Shown here: piece by piece, positions 16,901 to 25,340 of the stretch
How the letters are laid out: every line of letters starts with the position of its first letter
Position numbering within the stretch: the stretch's first letter is position 1
Virus record (IMG/VR): IMGVR_UViG_3300013131_000177
Location: 1-29,799 of that record
Origin: a virus
Lineage: Duplodnaviria > Caudoviricetes
Length of the DNA: 29,799 nucleotides
Strand: one strand, 5' to 3'
Translations under genes and position numbers: made by a program
Notes under the pieces: generated by a model
Told to the model about the DNA's origin: nothing
Seen by the model: only the letters and a program-made list of their open reading frames with translations
The model's database searches: none

Positions 16901-18762
16901 TTGCACAAAGCGAGGACAATGCTGCAGTCATCATATCATCAAATGCTGATGTGTTTTTACCAAAGTATGATTCTTCTCGCGTCAGTGTGGCAAATTCTCG
17001 TTCAAATACTATCACTGGATACGGATCAGATTTCACTAATAGTATTGGTGGAGGCGCAGCAAATACGAAAGTTAATGTTGGTGATTTGTTCATTCTAAGT
17101 TACAGTGGTGCATTCACCTCTGGGTCAATTGCAAATGACACTTCTCTCAGAACACAAACGAAGATAGTTACTGAGGTTCTCTCTAATACATCTTTAAATG
17201 TTGAGGGCAATTTTATAATCACTGGACAGGGTAAAGCAAATAGCAATACAGTATACAATGCATTAACTGGTACAGTGACAATTAATCCTGCTGTGACAGG
17301 TACAGCTGTTCTAAATCCAGCAATTACTGGTACTGTAAATGTTAATGAAAGAATTACAGGTACTGTAAATGTTCTTACAACTAATGTGGTTGTTGGCAAT
17401 TCAACATCGTTTACAACTCAATTGTTAGTAAATGATATTCTAACAATTAATAATCAACTTAAGAAAGTTGTATCAATTACTAATAATCAACATTTATATG
17501 TCAATTCTGTATTCAGTTATACGGGGACAGATAATGTTGCATATCTTTCTAATACAGCTGTGCTTGGTATTGGAACCTCATTCGTCGGTAACGTTTCTAT
17601 TGGTGACATCTTTACTGTGAATAATGAAACTCGCGAAGTTACATTTGTTACTTCAGCAACCCAACTTGAAGTTAATACAGCATTTACATACCCAGCAAAT
17701 ACTCAGTTCCTATATCTTCGTTCGAATGTAGTGACTGGCGCTGGCACAAATTTTGATCCTCAAATTAATGTTGGCGATATTATTACGATTAACAATGAGC
17801 CGCGAGAAGTAACTGTAGTCACAAATGATACAAGATTAGAAGTAAATGCCAAATATACTAATTTTGCAACAGGTGCCTCTATCTTTAAACAGAATAGTAT
17901 TATTTTGGGATCAGGCACAACTTTCGCATCACAACTCAATGCAAATGATATTGTAAAAGTCAATAATCAAATCAGAGAGGTCATTACAGTTACTGATGGA
18001 ACTCGAGTAACTGTTAATTCTCCATTTGAATATTATGGAACTGGAAACACAATACAGAAACTACAAAATACAGTTATACAAATTTCTGGAAATACGAATG
18101 CAATCTCTGATATGATTGTTGCTGGTGACAATCTATCGTTCAATATTGCTGTTGCAAATGTCTATAAGGCTCAAACAGGAACTGTGCAGGTCTTCACGCA
18201 AAACGGTAAAGTTGTTGGAACTGCAACTGCATTTAGTACTGATTTGGTCGTCGGAGACCTTGTAACTGTAAACAACGAGATTAAACAGGTTGTAAATATT
18301 GCAAGCGGAACTGTGATGAATGTCAATTCCGCATTCGAGGATGCTGCGACTGGCGAGCTCTTGTATAGAAGAGCAACTGTGCAAAACGGAAATGTAGTTT
18401 CGATATCCTCTAATAACCTTACATTGAACATTGCTGTGCCAGCAAATGTTTCTGGGCTAGTCTACCAAGTTGTTCCAAACTATTTCATCGGTAAAACTCT
18501 GGCTGGTACAGTAAATATTGATGCAGGTAGTGTTGTTCTTACTGGTAATCTAACCGCACCAAATGTCACCTACTTTGCAGGCAATGTCGCAGTTGGTATG
18601 AGTATTACGGTCAATGGCGAAACTCGTATTATTTCGTCAATTAGCAATAACTCTAGTCTAACTGTCACCGCTGCATTTACGAACGCAGCGTACGATAAAT
18701 ATTTGACTACGAATCAGTCATATGATTATAGAATTATAACCTTAACTAAAGATCTTGGATAA
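13912..18762 (+). CDS. gp7: Baseplate wedge initiator (gp7-like) with multiple inserted ~67-aa beta domains
   Basis: QLPDFI, FIELYYEWLE, YYNKKGSEESLKWLFKALY and ASDGKW at the N-terminus; DGFPSADKVLQD...NFSY...HPAG at ~16730-16880. Lies between gp6 and gp8. ATG 13912 preferred over TTG 13900. Confidence 0.8.
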   Translation: MAAAEKTISALVQTQLPDFINGSHPQFKRFIELYYEWLEQNAPAGMSNTAGNTIYHAMQIGDYRDIDETPDEFIRYFKDELLPHFPENPSLDIKKILKSAREYYNKKGSEESLKWLFKALYDTDLEVNYPKEQILIASDGKWKKPRAFRITVGESNKNVDVNLLERKLVIGTISGATCIIESANRTIDETNGREIIEIYISNITKYFNNGEDIVVDYVDANGVDKVFRERIIGTLSNIRVDSNIRTDPTQRRRGLLYNVGDPVVITGGLGTSAEANDAAALVGNVTRGSIEAVTPTFLGYGYREYYNTQVFVIRTLGVDDDEANSSTDLRVIALNTSACTSNSQKNYLESINYDRTSIEFLEDTVISSANFAPMTPNNINIILNATEDDYTDYFENFEKVWANGTNQTDALFVGYIATPNGNTKLTGTVNVYSTNGTVWGSNTIFSYELKTGQTLRVEGEDQVISAITNNEHLTVTSAYSATVTNKNAYRIGVFADYVGPDATSALLIYDAQYSGSLAQILSGPGATLAAVNSGKVWTIAAVSAPYGVPIPANADSMLVQALDFETVNTGGISAISVLEGGFGFRAEPSLQIRSHYDTNWSEDYDYNNPLEQDDKLAIWQDFSDLGILAHIRINSGGTEYTAGDGLIFVGRGYGANGYVQSVASNGAITSIILDNRGEGYLERPEVIVNRSAVSYDTLTGTTTVNNRSRVVTGSSTTFLSDLSNKSVIRINSEVRRVVAITNNTILTVNSEFTSNATGQTIQRRDGDEATLTGYLFGDGFEETIDTSAIGRVQDIRLLYRGYDYVSTPTVSLKVVDTVVDALDEADTVYEQEYIYQGTTLQNSTFRANVKSYNRTTNVLRLYNYSGTINVDQSLVTANNLYIDVDTTERVPVPVRGVLVGTGPSTFYPESIADLPNPMYYGNGRARANAQFANGLIEFNGFFLNTDGFPSADKVLQDNTIYHNFSYIIQAEKDLIEYENMIKNISHPAGMSLTAKRIAQSEDNAAVIISSNADVFLPKYDSSRVSVANSRSNTITGYGSDFTNSIGGGAANTKVNVGDLFILSYSGAFTSGSIANDTSLRTQTKIVTEVLSNTSLNVEGNFIITGQGKANSNTVYNALTGTVTINPAVTGTAVLNPAITGTVNVNERITGTVNVLTTNVVVGNSTSFTTQLLVNDILTINNQLKKVVSITNNQHLYVNSVFSYTGTDNVAYLSNTAVLGIGTSFVGNVSIGDIFTVNNETREVTFVTSATQLEVNTAFTYPANTQFLYLRSNVVTGAGTNFDPQINVGDIITINNEPREVTVVTNDTRLEVNAKYTNFATGASIFKQNSIILGSGTTFASQLNANDIVKVNNQIREVITVTDGTRVTVNSPFEYYGTGNTIQKLQNTVIQISGNTNAISDMIVAGDNLSFNIAVANVYKAQTGTVQVFTQNGKVVGTATAFSTDLVVGDLVTVNNEIKQVVNIASGTVMNVNSAFEDAATGELLYRRATVQNGNVVSISSNNLTLNIAVPANVSGLVYQVVPNYFIGKTLAGTVNIDAGSVVLTGNLTAPNVTYFAGNVAVGMSITVNGETRIISSISNNSSLTVTAAFTNAAYDKYLTTNQSYDYRIITLTKDLG
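17260..17379 (+). repeat. Four degenerate 30-bp tandem repeats (10 aa each)
   Basis: ALTGTVTINP / AVTGTAVLNP / AITGTVNVNE / RITGTVNVLT. The DNA core ACWGGTACWG recurs every 30 nt. Confidence 0.9.
17380..18060 (+). repeat. Four 171-bp (57-aa) degenerate repeats
   Basis: The conserved Gly of GxxTxF falls at 17395, 17566, 17737 and 17908 (171-nt spacing). Each unit then has (G/N)DIxx(I/V)NN(E/Q)x(R/K)xV...VN. Confidence 0.9.
18694..18701 (+). promoter_or_regulatory. Candidate late promoter for gp8
   Basis: GATAAATA 64 nt upstream of the gp8 ATG. Confidence 0.5.
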
Positions 18763-18765
18763 ACA

Positions 18766-20772
18766 ATGAAAGCATTAATCTCGCCATTTTTCGGTAAATT
18801 TGTTGCGGAAGATGTGAAAGAACATTTCTCAAATGACGCTAATGTTTATATTGGTGTCGGAAGATCTGTAGACTTCGGTTCTTCTGTTATAGATGTTGAC
18901 CCTGTTGTTTATTCGACGATTGACATTAATTCAATCTATAGAAATCTTATCGGTTTAAAAAAGATTCAATCAAGCGATATGCAGTTGGTTGTTTCTCGAC
19001 GAGATTGGGTTTCTGGTTTAGTTTATGATCAATATGAAGACCATGTGAATATCTTTGGTTATATCGATATTAATAATATTGGAACAGCAAACGCCAATGC
19101 AAATACTACTCTTGCAGGCACAGTAAATGTCGCAGCATCAAATGTTGTTGTTGGTACTGGCACTTCTTTCACTAATTATATTTTTGCAGGCGATCAGATC
19201 GCAGTTAATCTCGCAGTGAAGACTGTCGTTTCAGTTACGAATAATGATCATTTGGTTGTAAGTAGTAACTTTGCAAATACAAATACTGGCGGCTCGATTG
19301 TTCTTGTAAAAAATACCAAAACTGTGATTGCAAATTCTGCAGACTTTAGTGCTCGTACTGCTGGTGATATAATTCGAATTAACAGCGATGATAGAGAAAT
19401 TGTTGCTATTCGAAGCAGTAAAGTTGTTGCATTAAACTCTGCTTTGACATATTCAAATTCAAACATTGCAGTTTACACGGTATCAAATACTTACCCACTC
19501 ACTGCAAATAATTTTTATGTGCGCAATAGCCGTGATCAAGTGTTCAAGTGTTTGTTTGACAATAACGATGCATCATCAACGGTTGAACCAACGATTGATA
19601 TTGATGGTCAATTACCAGAGAGTCCATTCATCCTAACTGGAGATGGATATAAATGGAAATATCTATATACGATTCCAGCTGGTCTAAAACAAAAATTCTT
19701 CAACTCAAAATGGATGCCAGTTCTAACAGATCAAGCAGTTGTTGCAGGATCTGTTGATGGGGCGATCGATGTAATTGAGGTCTTGTGGGGTGGTTCTGGT
19801 CATGTAAGCGGCGGAAATTCTAATACTGCTCGTATTATATCTGTTACAGGTACAGACGGAGCAAACGCTAATCTGATGGCAAGAGTATCAAACGGTGTTA
19901 TCGCCAGCGTCACTATTTTGGCTGGTGGTAATAACTATACTCTTGGAACTGTAGAAGTCGATGATCAAGATAAACTAGGTACTGTAACTCTACCAGGAAC
20001 AGTAAATGTCTCTGGTGCATTAGTTACAGCCAATCTTTCAAATAATCCATACTTCTTAGCAAATGTGTTCACAAACGATATCATAACAGTCAACTCAGAA
20101 TCGCGAAATGTTGTTACAGTGTCAGCGACTCAACTTTCTCTAAATGCAGCCGTAAATAACTCTGCTTGCACACAAACTGCAGTTATTACTCGCTCAAATG
20201 CAGAGTTTAATATTCAATTTTCTCCTAATGGTGGACATGGATCTAATCCTTTCGAAGAATTGGGCTGTCACACTCTTATGATCTCGACAGAATTGATCGG
20301 AAATGAGAACTCTACGATTCCTGTAAGTCAAGTTGCTCAGCTCTTTGACTTTAACCAAGTTTCGATCATTCAAGATCCAATATATCGATTTGCAAACAAT
20401 ACGACTCGATATGCAAATACAAGTAATTTAAGAGCGACGACTCGTCTATTTGTTGCCGATCCAGGCGTATCAAACTTCGTTCAAGATGAAACAGTTTATG
20501 TCGGATCTACTGTTGCTACTGCTACTGCTGTTGCAAATGTCGCTCACTGGGATCCAGGCGATAACTATTTGTATATAAATAATATAACTGGTAATTTTGT
20601 TGTACAGGACGCAATTAAGGGAGAGTCCTCTGGAATCTCTATCCCAATCATAGAAATTGCTAACTCAGAGATTAAGGCATTTAGCGGAACTCTATTGTAT
20701 ACCGAAAATCGCAAAAATGTTGTTCGACTAGACAATCAGATCGACCAGATTAAAATTATCCTATCATTCTAG
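18766..20772 (+). CDS. gp8: Baseplate wedge subunit (gp8-like) with inserted beta domains
   Basis: YIGVGR, RRDWVSGLVYDQY, FYVRNSRDQVFKCLFDN, STVEP, DGYKWKYLY, KWMPV, GGHGSNPFEELG and SGTLLYTENR...QIKIILSF. Confidence 0.92.
   Translation: MKALISPFFGKFVAEDVKEHFSNDANVYIGVGRSVDFGSSVIDVDPVVYSTIDINSIYRNLIGLKKIQSSDMQLVVSRRDWVSGLVYDQYEDHVNIFGYIDINNIGTANANANTTLAGTVNVAASNVVVGTGTSFTNYIFAGDQIAVNLAVKTVVSVTNNDHLVVSSNFANTNTGGSIVLVKNTKTVIANSADFSARTAGDIIRINSDDREIVAIRSSKVVALNSALTYSNSNIAVYTVSNTYPLTANNFYVRNSRDQVFKCLFDNNDASSTVEPTIDIDGQLPESPFILTGDGYKWKYLYTIPAGLKQKFFNSKWMPVLTDQAVVAGSVDGAIDVIEVLWGGSGHVSGGNSNTARIISVTGTDGANANLMARVSNGVIASVTILAGGNNYTLGTVEVDDQDKLGTVTLPGTVNVSGALVTANLSNNPYFLANVFTNDIITVNSESRNVVTVSATQLSLNAAVNNSACTQTAVITRSNAEFNIQFSPNGGHGSNPFEELGCHTLMISTELIGNENSTIPVSQVAQLFDFNQVSIIQDPIYRFANNTTRYANTSNLRATTRLFVADPGVSNFVQDETVYVGSTVATATAVANVAHWDPGDNYLYINNITGNFVVQDAIKGESSGISIPIIEIANSEIKAFSGTLLYTENRKNVVRLDNQIDQIKIILSF
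20574..20581 (+). promoter_or_regulatory. Candidate late promoter for the DUF4815/VrlC-like gene
   Basis: Exact TATAAATA about 200 nt upstream of 20783. Confidence 0.55.
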
Positions 20773-20782
20773 GTAAAAAGAC

Positions 20783-23700
20783 ATGGAATTTAATATTGAA
20801 CCGTATTATGATGATTTCGACGATAATGCGCGCGATAATAACTATATGCGCATTCTCTTCAAGCCAGGAAAAGCAGTCCAGGCTCGTGAACTTACGCAGA
20901 TGCAGTCCATTCTGCAGAATCAAATCAAGCAGTTCGGTGACCATGTTTTCCAAGACGGTTCTCCAGTTATCGGTGGTAATCTAACTCTAGACAATAAAGT
21001 TCGCCATATTAAACTTCTAGAAACTTTTAATAATGTGGATATTGAGATTGAGGACTTCGACCGTAAGGTAATTCGAAATACTGCTGGATCAGTTCAAGCA
21101 AAGGTTCTGGCGACATATTTCCCAACAGATGGTATTCCAACTCTTATTGTAAAGTATCTCACTGGTCTTGAGTTTCAAGACGGTGATATAATTAAGATTG
21201 CGGGGACAAGCACACAGGCTCAGTTGATTGCTTCGAATGCAAGCGGACAAGCCACCGTTGTTTCGATCAACGAAGGCGTTTTCTATGTCGATGGATTCTT
21301 TATTCAAGTTTCTGATCAAACAGTTGTTGCTGCAGCATACGATGTAACTGCAAATGTTAAGGTTGGTCTCGAAATTAATGATACGATTGTCGACAGCGAA
21401 ATTGACACAACTCTATTAGATCCTGCTCAAGGATCATTTAACTATCAGGCTCCAGGTGGCGATCGCTATCAGTTCAATCTAACTCTCTCAACTCGTCCAC
21501 TCGATTCTATTATCGACGAAGCACAATTCTTCGAATTGATGCGCCTTGAAAATGGTATCATTACTAAACAAGTCAAGTATCCAATTTATGCCGAATTAGA
21601 GAAAACTCTTGCTCGCCGCACCTTTGATGAATCTGGTGATTATACAGTTCGCCCATTCCGCGCATCTGTAATGGATGGCACTGACGCAAACAACTATACA
21701 ATCACTATCGAACCAGGAAAGGCTTATGTCAAAGGTTTCGAATTCGAAACTCTTGGACAAATTAAGATTGATGTAGAAAAGCCAAGAAGCGCAGCAGATG
21801 TGAAATCAATCGTCGATGTTGATGTTGACACTTCATCTGGAAATTACCTCTATGTGACTTCAATCGTCTCTCCAGGGCAAGGTAATGCGTTTATTAACAT
21901 CGCTGCGATGGAAAAAGTAGATATTCACTGCGGCACTGCAACACAAATCAATGTCGGTTTGGGTAGTTCTGCGGCAAACGGATTTATCTATCAAAATACG
22001 AAGATCGGTACAGCACGAGTTCGCGATTTTGTTCGCGACGATAATAGCACTGAATCAATTGTTGACAGCAATGGTGTTTATCGACTTTACTTGACTGATG
22101 TAAACATTGTTCCAAAAGTTCTCCGCGCTGCTGGCACACACACCTCAAATACAATCAACGTTGCCTCTGGTCAATTCATGCCACGCACGAATGGATTGTA
22201 TACAAACGTCTCGCTCACGATCCTTCCAGTTAAACTAGATGCAGTAGATAATGTATATGCTGCATTTGCAAATTCGTTCAATGTAAACGCGAATTCCAGT
22301 GGCACATTTACAAGTAAGATTGCAGTTGGTGACATTATTCGTGTCGGTGAGTTTGCAAAAGAAGTTCTTCGAGTCGACTCTGGAAATCTAGTTGTCAATT
22401 CTATGTTTACTTATGGATTGGCAAACTCTGCATCAAATCCAGTGCTTGTCTATAAGCAAACTGAGCACACTCAAAACGTCACTGGTCAAACACGAACTGT
22501 TTCTAATTCATGGTGGCAATCAAATTACGAAACACTACAACTAGATCGCCCATTTGATAATCTCGGTGTGCCAGATGCAAATACTGTATTCCAATTAAAC
22601 TTTGGCATCGATGACGCAGAGTGTATTGTGAGTGGTGTTGCAGTTGCAAATTCGTTGCTTGCGAATGTGAATGTCGCGATGAATGTTGCGATCGATTCTA
22701 AACTTATCACTGGTGATGTGGTGCTATCTGAATCGCAAGATAAAGTATTCATTTATCCATTACCTGGAACTTTTGTAAAGAGAACATCAATCAATAATGT
22801 TGATTATGAATATGATAAGTCAATTTTAAATAAAGCAGTTTCTGCAACTCCTGGTGTATTCATTATTGGTTCTGGTGATCTTTCAACAGCAACAATTCCA
22901 TGGTCTGGAACGACAAGTTCTATTCGTGATAATCTTGTTGTGATAGTTAGAGATAAGGGTGGATCGACGATACCAAATGGTGCAGTCCTCAATTTAACAT
23001 CAGCAAATGTTACAGTAACATCAACTCAAATTGATATTAATACTGGCGATACTGCACTACAGGCTGTAGATGTAATTCTTCGTGTTAAGGTTAATGATGC
23101 TGAAGATCTAATTCGTACAAAAACTTATTATGCAGATTCTTCATTCAGTGTTGATCCATTCACATACCCATCTTCAAATGCTACTCAGAATACTGAGGTG
23201 TCGATAACAAACCTTGGACATGTTGCTTCACTCAATCTAGCAAATGGATTAATTTGGCTTTCAAATCCAACTTATAATGCTGTCCGTCCAGGCGATTCAA
23301 TTTCATTATTTCTTCCAGATGTTGTGAAGGTTAATAAAGTATTGATGGGTAACACAACAAATTACCCAGATTCAGATAATGTCGAAGATATTACTGAGCG
23401 TTTTGTATTCGATTATGGACAGCGAGATGACAAGTATGATCACGCAAAATTAATTTTGAAGCAAGGTTATAGTTCACCTTCTGGTAAACTTCTTGTGCAT
23501 GTTAATTTCTATCACCATATTTTTTCCTCTACAAATAAACTATCATACTTTGGTCCAGCATCTTATGGTGCAGATCAATACGATGATAATCTAATTCCAG
23601 TGTATAATGACACAAACGGAAGAATTCTCTATTTGAGAGATTGTTTAGATTTTAGACCATCAAGACCAGTTGGTGATACTGCGGATACATTCAATGTTCC

Positions 23701-25321
23701 AGCATTCCCACAACCAGACTCAACAACTGAGTTATCATTTGATTATTACTTACCTCGCATCGACAAACTTGTATTGTCGAAGGATAAAGAGTTCCGAGTA
23801 ATTAAAGGCAAATCAGCAGTTATTCCATCTATTCCAAAAGATGACGATGACGCAATGACATTGTATACATTGCGTCTACCTCCATATGTAAATGATGTTC
23901 AGGATATTCGAACAGAATATAATGAGAATCGTCGCTTTACGATGAAGGATATTTCAAGTATTGATAAAAGAGTGCAAAAACTAGAGTTTTTTGTTTCGCT
24001 AAACAATGTTGAAAATCTAGCCATGGCAGATAAGACATTGTACGAAGATAATACAGAGAAAGAAAAGTATGGCATAGTTGGAGAAAACTTCCGCAACTTC
24101 TCAATCGCTGACTTTAAAGATCGAGGATTTAATTGTGCGCTTGATCAAGGTTTCTTGACACCAAGAACTACTACAGTTCCTCTAGCGTTTAAGAATAAAA
24201 CACTAGCAGATATGAAGTTGAATAAAAAAACAATCTCATTAAACTTCACTGAAACTCCAGCAATATCTCAAAACCTTGTTTCAGATAAAGCTGTTTCTGT
24301 TCAACCATTCTTGTTTGGACAATTTAATGGTATTGTTGAGATGAGTCCAGAAACAGACTTCTGGACTGACAATAAACTCAAACCAGAGATTATCACTGTC
24401 CCAGAAAGAGTTCGTATTGAACATACGACAGTAATTAAAGAAACAATCATTGAGAAACAGCCACAAATTACCATTGAACAGATATTCCCAACAAGAAATG
24501 TTGAGACTATTATTATTCGTGAGCCTGCAGTTAATCCAACTCCAGCACCACCAGATATAATTGTTGTGAAGCACCCAGATCCACCTGTAGTAGTTGAGCC
24601 AGAGAAGCCAGTAGAGCCACCTCCACCTGCGCCTCCACCAGAGCCAGCACCACTACCATGGGAACCACCTCCACCTCCTCCCCCACCACCAGAGATTATC
24701 GATATTGGAACTCCACCAGAAGTACCAATTTGGATTCCAATTGAACCACCACCTCCAGAACCAACACCAGTGGTTATAGTAACAACACCACCAGTTGAAG
24801 CGCACCGTGGTGGTGGCGGTGGTGGCGTCACGCGTGGTGGCGGTGGTGGCTGTGTTGTTCTAGAAAGTTTTGTTCCTTTGATTGAACAAAAACTCTATAA
24901 CGGCAAGCCTGTCACACAAGCGTATATGTTAATGGACGACATGGACATTCTTCTTGCAAATGAGCAATCACTCGAAACAGTAATGGGTAAAGTTTTGCGT
25001 AGTGGAATTGAATTACAACCATGCGTAAGAATCACAACTGAATGTGGAACTTCGCTCGTTTGTTCAACAACTGCTCCGATACCAACATTAAATAATGGTG
25101 TGTTGAAAGCACCAAACGTGCTTGATCAAATGGTTGGTGTTTACAAAAATAATGAGTCTGCTTGGAGTAAGGTTGTCAACGTTGAAGATGTTGGTGCGAA
25201 ATTCGTTCGCGGCATTGATACAGGCAATAACAGCTTCTGGGCTGGTGAAACAGAGGGTGCATATATCCTCCATCACAATATGCGAATGGAATATGACTCA
25301 TTGAACTTTGAGAAGCATTGA
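20783..25321 (+). CDS. DUF4815/VrlC-like large structural protein, N-terminal part, ending in a Pro-rich rod and a Hint domain
   Basis: FNIEPYYDDFD...RILFKPGKAVQARELTQMQSILQNQI, APGGDR, LARRTFDESGDYTV, PGKAYVKGFE, DFRP, YYLPRIDKL and RRFTMKDI match the large protein that follows gp8 in cyanophage-type T4-like phages. Confidence 0.88.
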   Translation: MEFNIEPYYDDFDDNARDNNYMRILFKPGKAVQARELTQMQSILQNQIKQFGDHVFQDGSPVIGGNLTLDNKVRHIKLLETFNNVDIEIEDFDRKVIRNTAGSVQAKVLATYFPTDGIPTLIVKYLTGLEFQDGDIIKIAGTSTQAQLIASNASGQATVVSINEGVFYVDGFFIQVSDQTVVAAAYDVTANVKVGLEINDTIVDSEIDTTLLDPAQGSFNYQAPGGDRYQFNLTLSTRPLDSIIDEAQFFELMRLENGIITKQVKYPIYAELEKTLARRTFDESGDYTVRPFRASVMDGTDANNYTITIEPGKAYVKGFEFETLGQIKIDVEKPRSAADVKSIVDVDVDTSSGNYLYVTSIVSPGQGNAFINIAAMEKVDIHCGTATQINVGLGSSAANGFIYQNTKIGTARVRDFVRDDNSTESIVDSNGVYRLYLTDVNIVPKVLRAAGTHTSNTINVASGQFMPRTNGLYTNVSLTILPVKLDAVDNVYAAFANSFNVNANSSGTFTSKIAVGDIIRVGEFAKEVLRVDSGNLVVNSMFTYGLANSASNPVLVYKQTEHTQNVTGQTRTVSNSWWQSNYETLQLDRPFDNLGVPDANTVFQLNFGIDDAECIVSGVAVANSLLANVNVAMNVAIDSKLITGDVVLSESQDKVFIYPLPGTFVKRTSINNVDYEYDKSILNKAVSATPGVFIIGSGDLSTATIPWSGTTSSIRDNLVVIVRDKGGSTIPNGAVLNLTSANVTVTSTQIDINTGDTALQAVDVILRVKVNDAEDLIRTKTYYADSSFSVDPFTYPSSNATQNTEVSITNLGHVASLNLANGLIWLSNPTYNAVRPGDSISLFLPDVVKVNKVLMGNTTNYPDSDNVEDITERFVFDYGQRDDKYDHAKLILKQGYSSPSGKLLVHVNFYHHIFSSTNKLSYFGPASYGADQYDDNLIPVYNDTNGRILYLRDCLDFRPSRPVGDTADTFNVPAFPQPDSTTELSFDYYLPRIDKLVLSKDKEFRVIKGKSAVIPSIPKDDDDAMTLYTLRLPPYVNDVQDIRTEYNENRRFTMKDISSIDKRVQKLEFFVSLNNVENLAMADKTLYEDNTEKEKYGIVGENFRNFSIADFKDRGFNCALDQGFLTPRTTTVPLAFKNKTLADMKLNKKTISLNFTETPAISQNLVSDKAVSVQPFLFGQFNGIVEMSPETDFWTDNKLKPEIITVPERVRIEHTTVIKETIIEKQPQITIEQIFPTRNVETIIIREPAVNPTPAPPDIIVVKHPDPPVVVEPEKPVEPPPPAPPPEPAPLPWEPPPPPPPPPEIIDIGTPPEVPIWIPIEPPPPEPTPVVIVTTPPVEAHRGGGGGGVTRGGGGGCVVLESFVPLIEQKLYNGKPVTQAYMLMDDMDILLANEQSLETVMGKVLRSGIELQPCVRITTECGTSLVCSTTAPIPTLNNGVLKAPNVLDQMVGVYKNNESAWSKVVNVEDVGAKFVRGIDTGNNSFWAGETEGAYILHHNMRMEYDSLNFEKH
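24521..24850 (+). repeat. Polyproline segment followed by a duplicated Arg-polyGly linker
   Basis: EPAVNPTPAPP...EPPPPAPPPEPAPLPWEPPPPPPPPPE...TPPVEAH-RGGGGGG-VT-RGGGGG, encoded by CCA/CCT- and GGT/GGC-rich DNA. Confidence 0.9.
24851..25279 (+). other. Hint (Hedgehog/intein-like) domain, 143 aa, no endonuclease
   Basis: Starts with Cys after GGGGG (CVVLESFVPL). Block B-like VRITTECGTSLVCSTTAPI, then KVVNVEDVG, block F-like VRGIDTGNNSFWAG, ending ILHHN. Mini-Hint length. Confidence 0.82.
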
Positions 25322-25340
25322 TTTCTAGGAAAATAAGAAC

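Noticed and set aside
17260-17379. 30-bp periodic repeats as a possible CRISPR array or DGR repeat
   Set aside because: No spacers, variation follows codon positions, the repeats are in-frame coding, and there is no cas or reverse transcriptase gene in the window.
24301-24831. 176-aa Gly-rich antisense ORF
   Set aside because: Mirror image of the polyproline codons (CCA/CCT read as GGN on the other strand).
24851-25279. Canonical mobile intein
   Set aside because: No homing endonuclease, the +1 residue is Met, and only 13 aa follow; better treated as a Hint autoprocessing domain.
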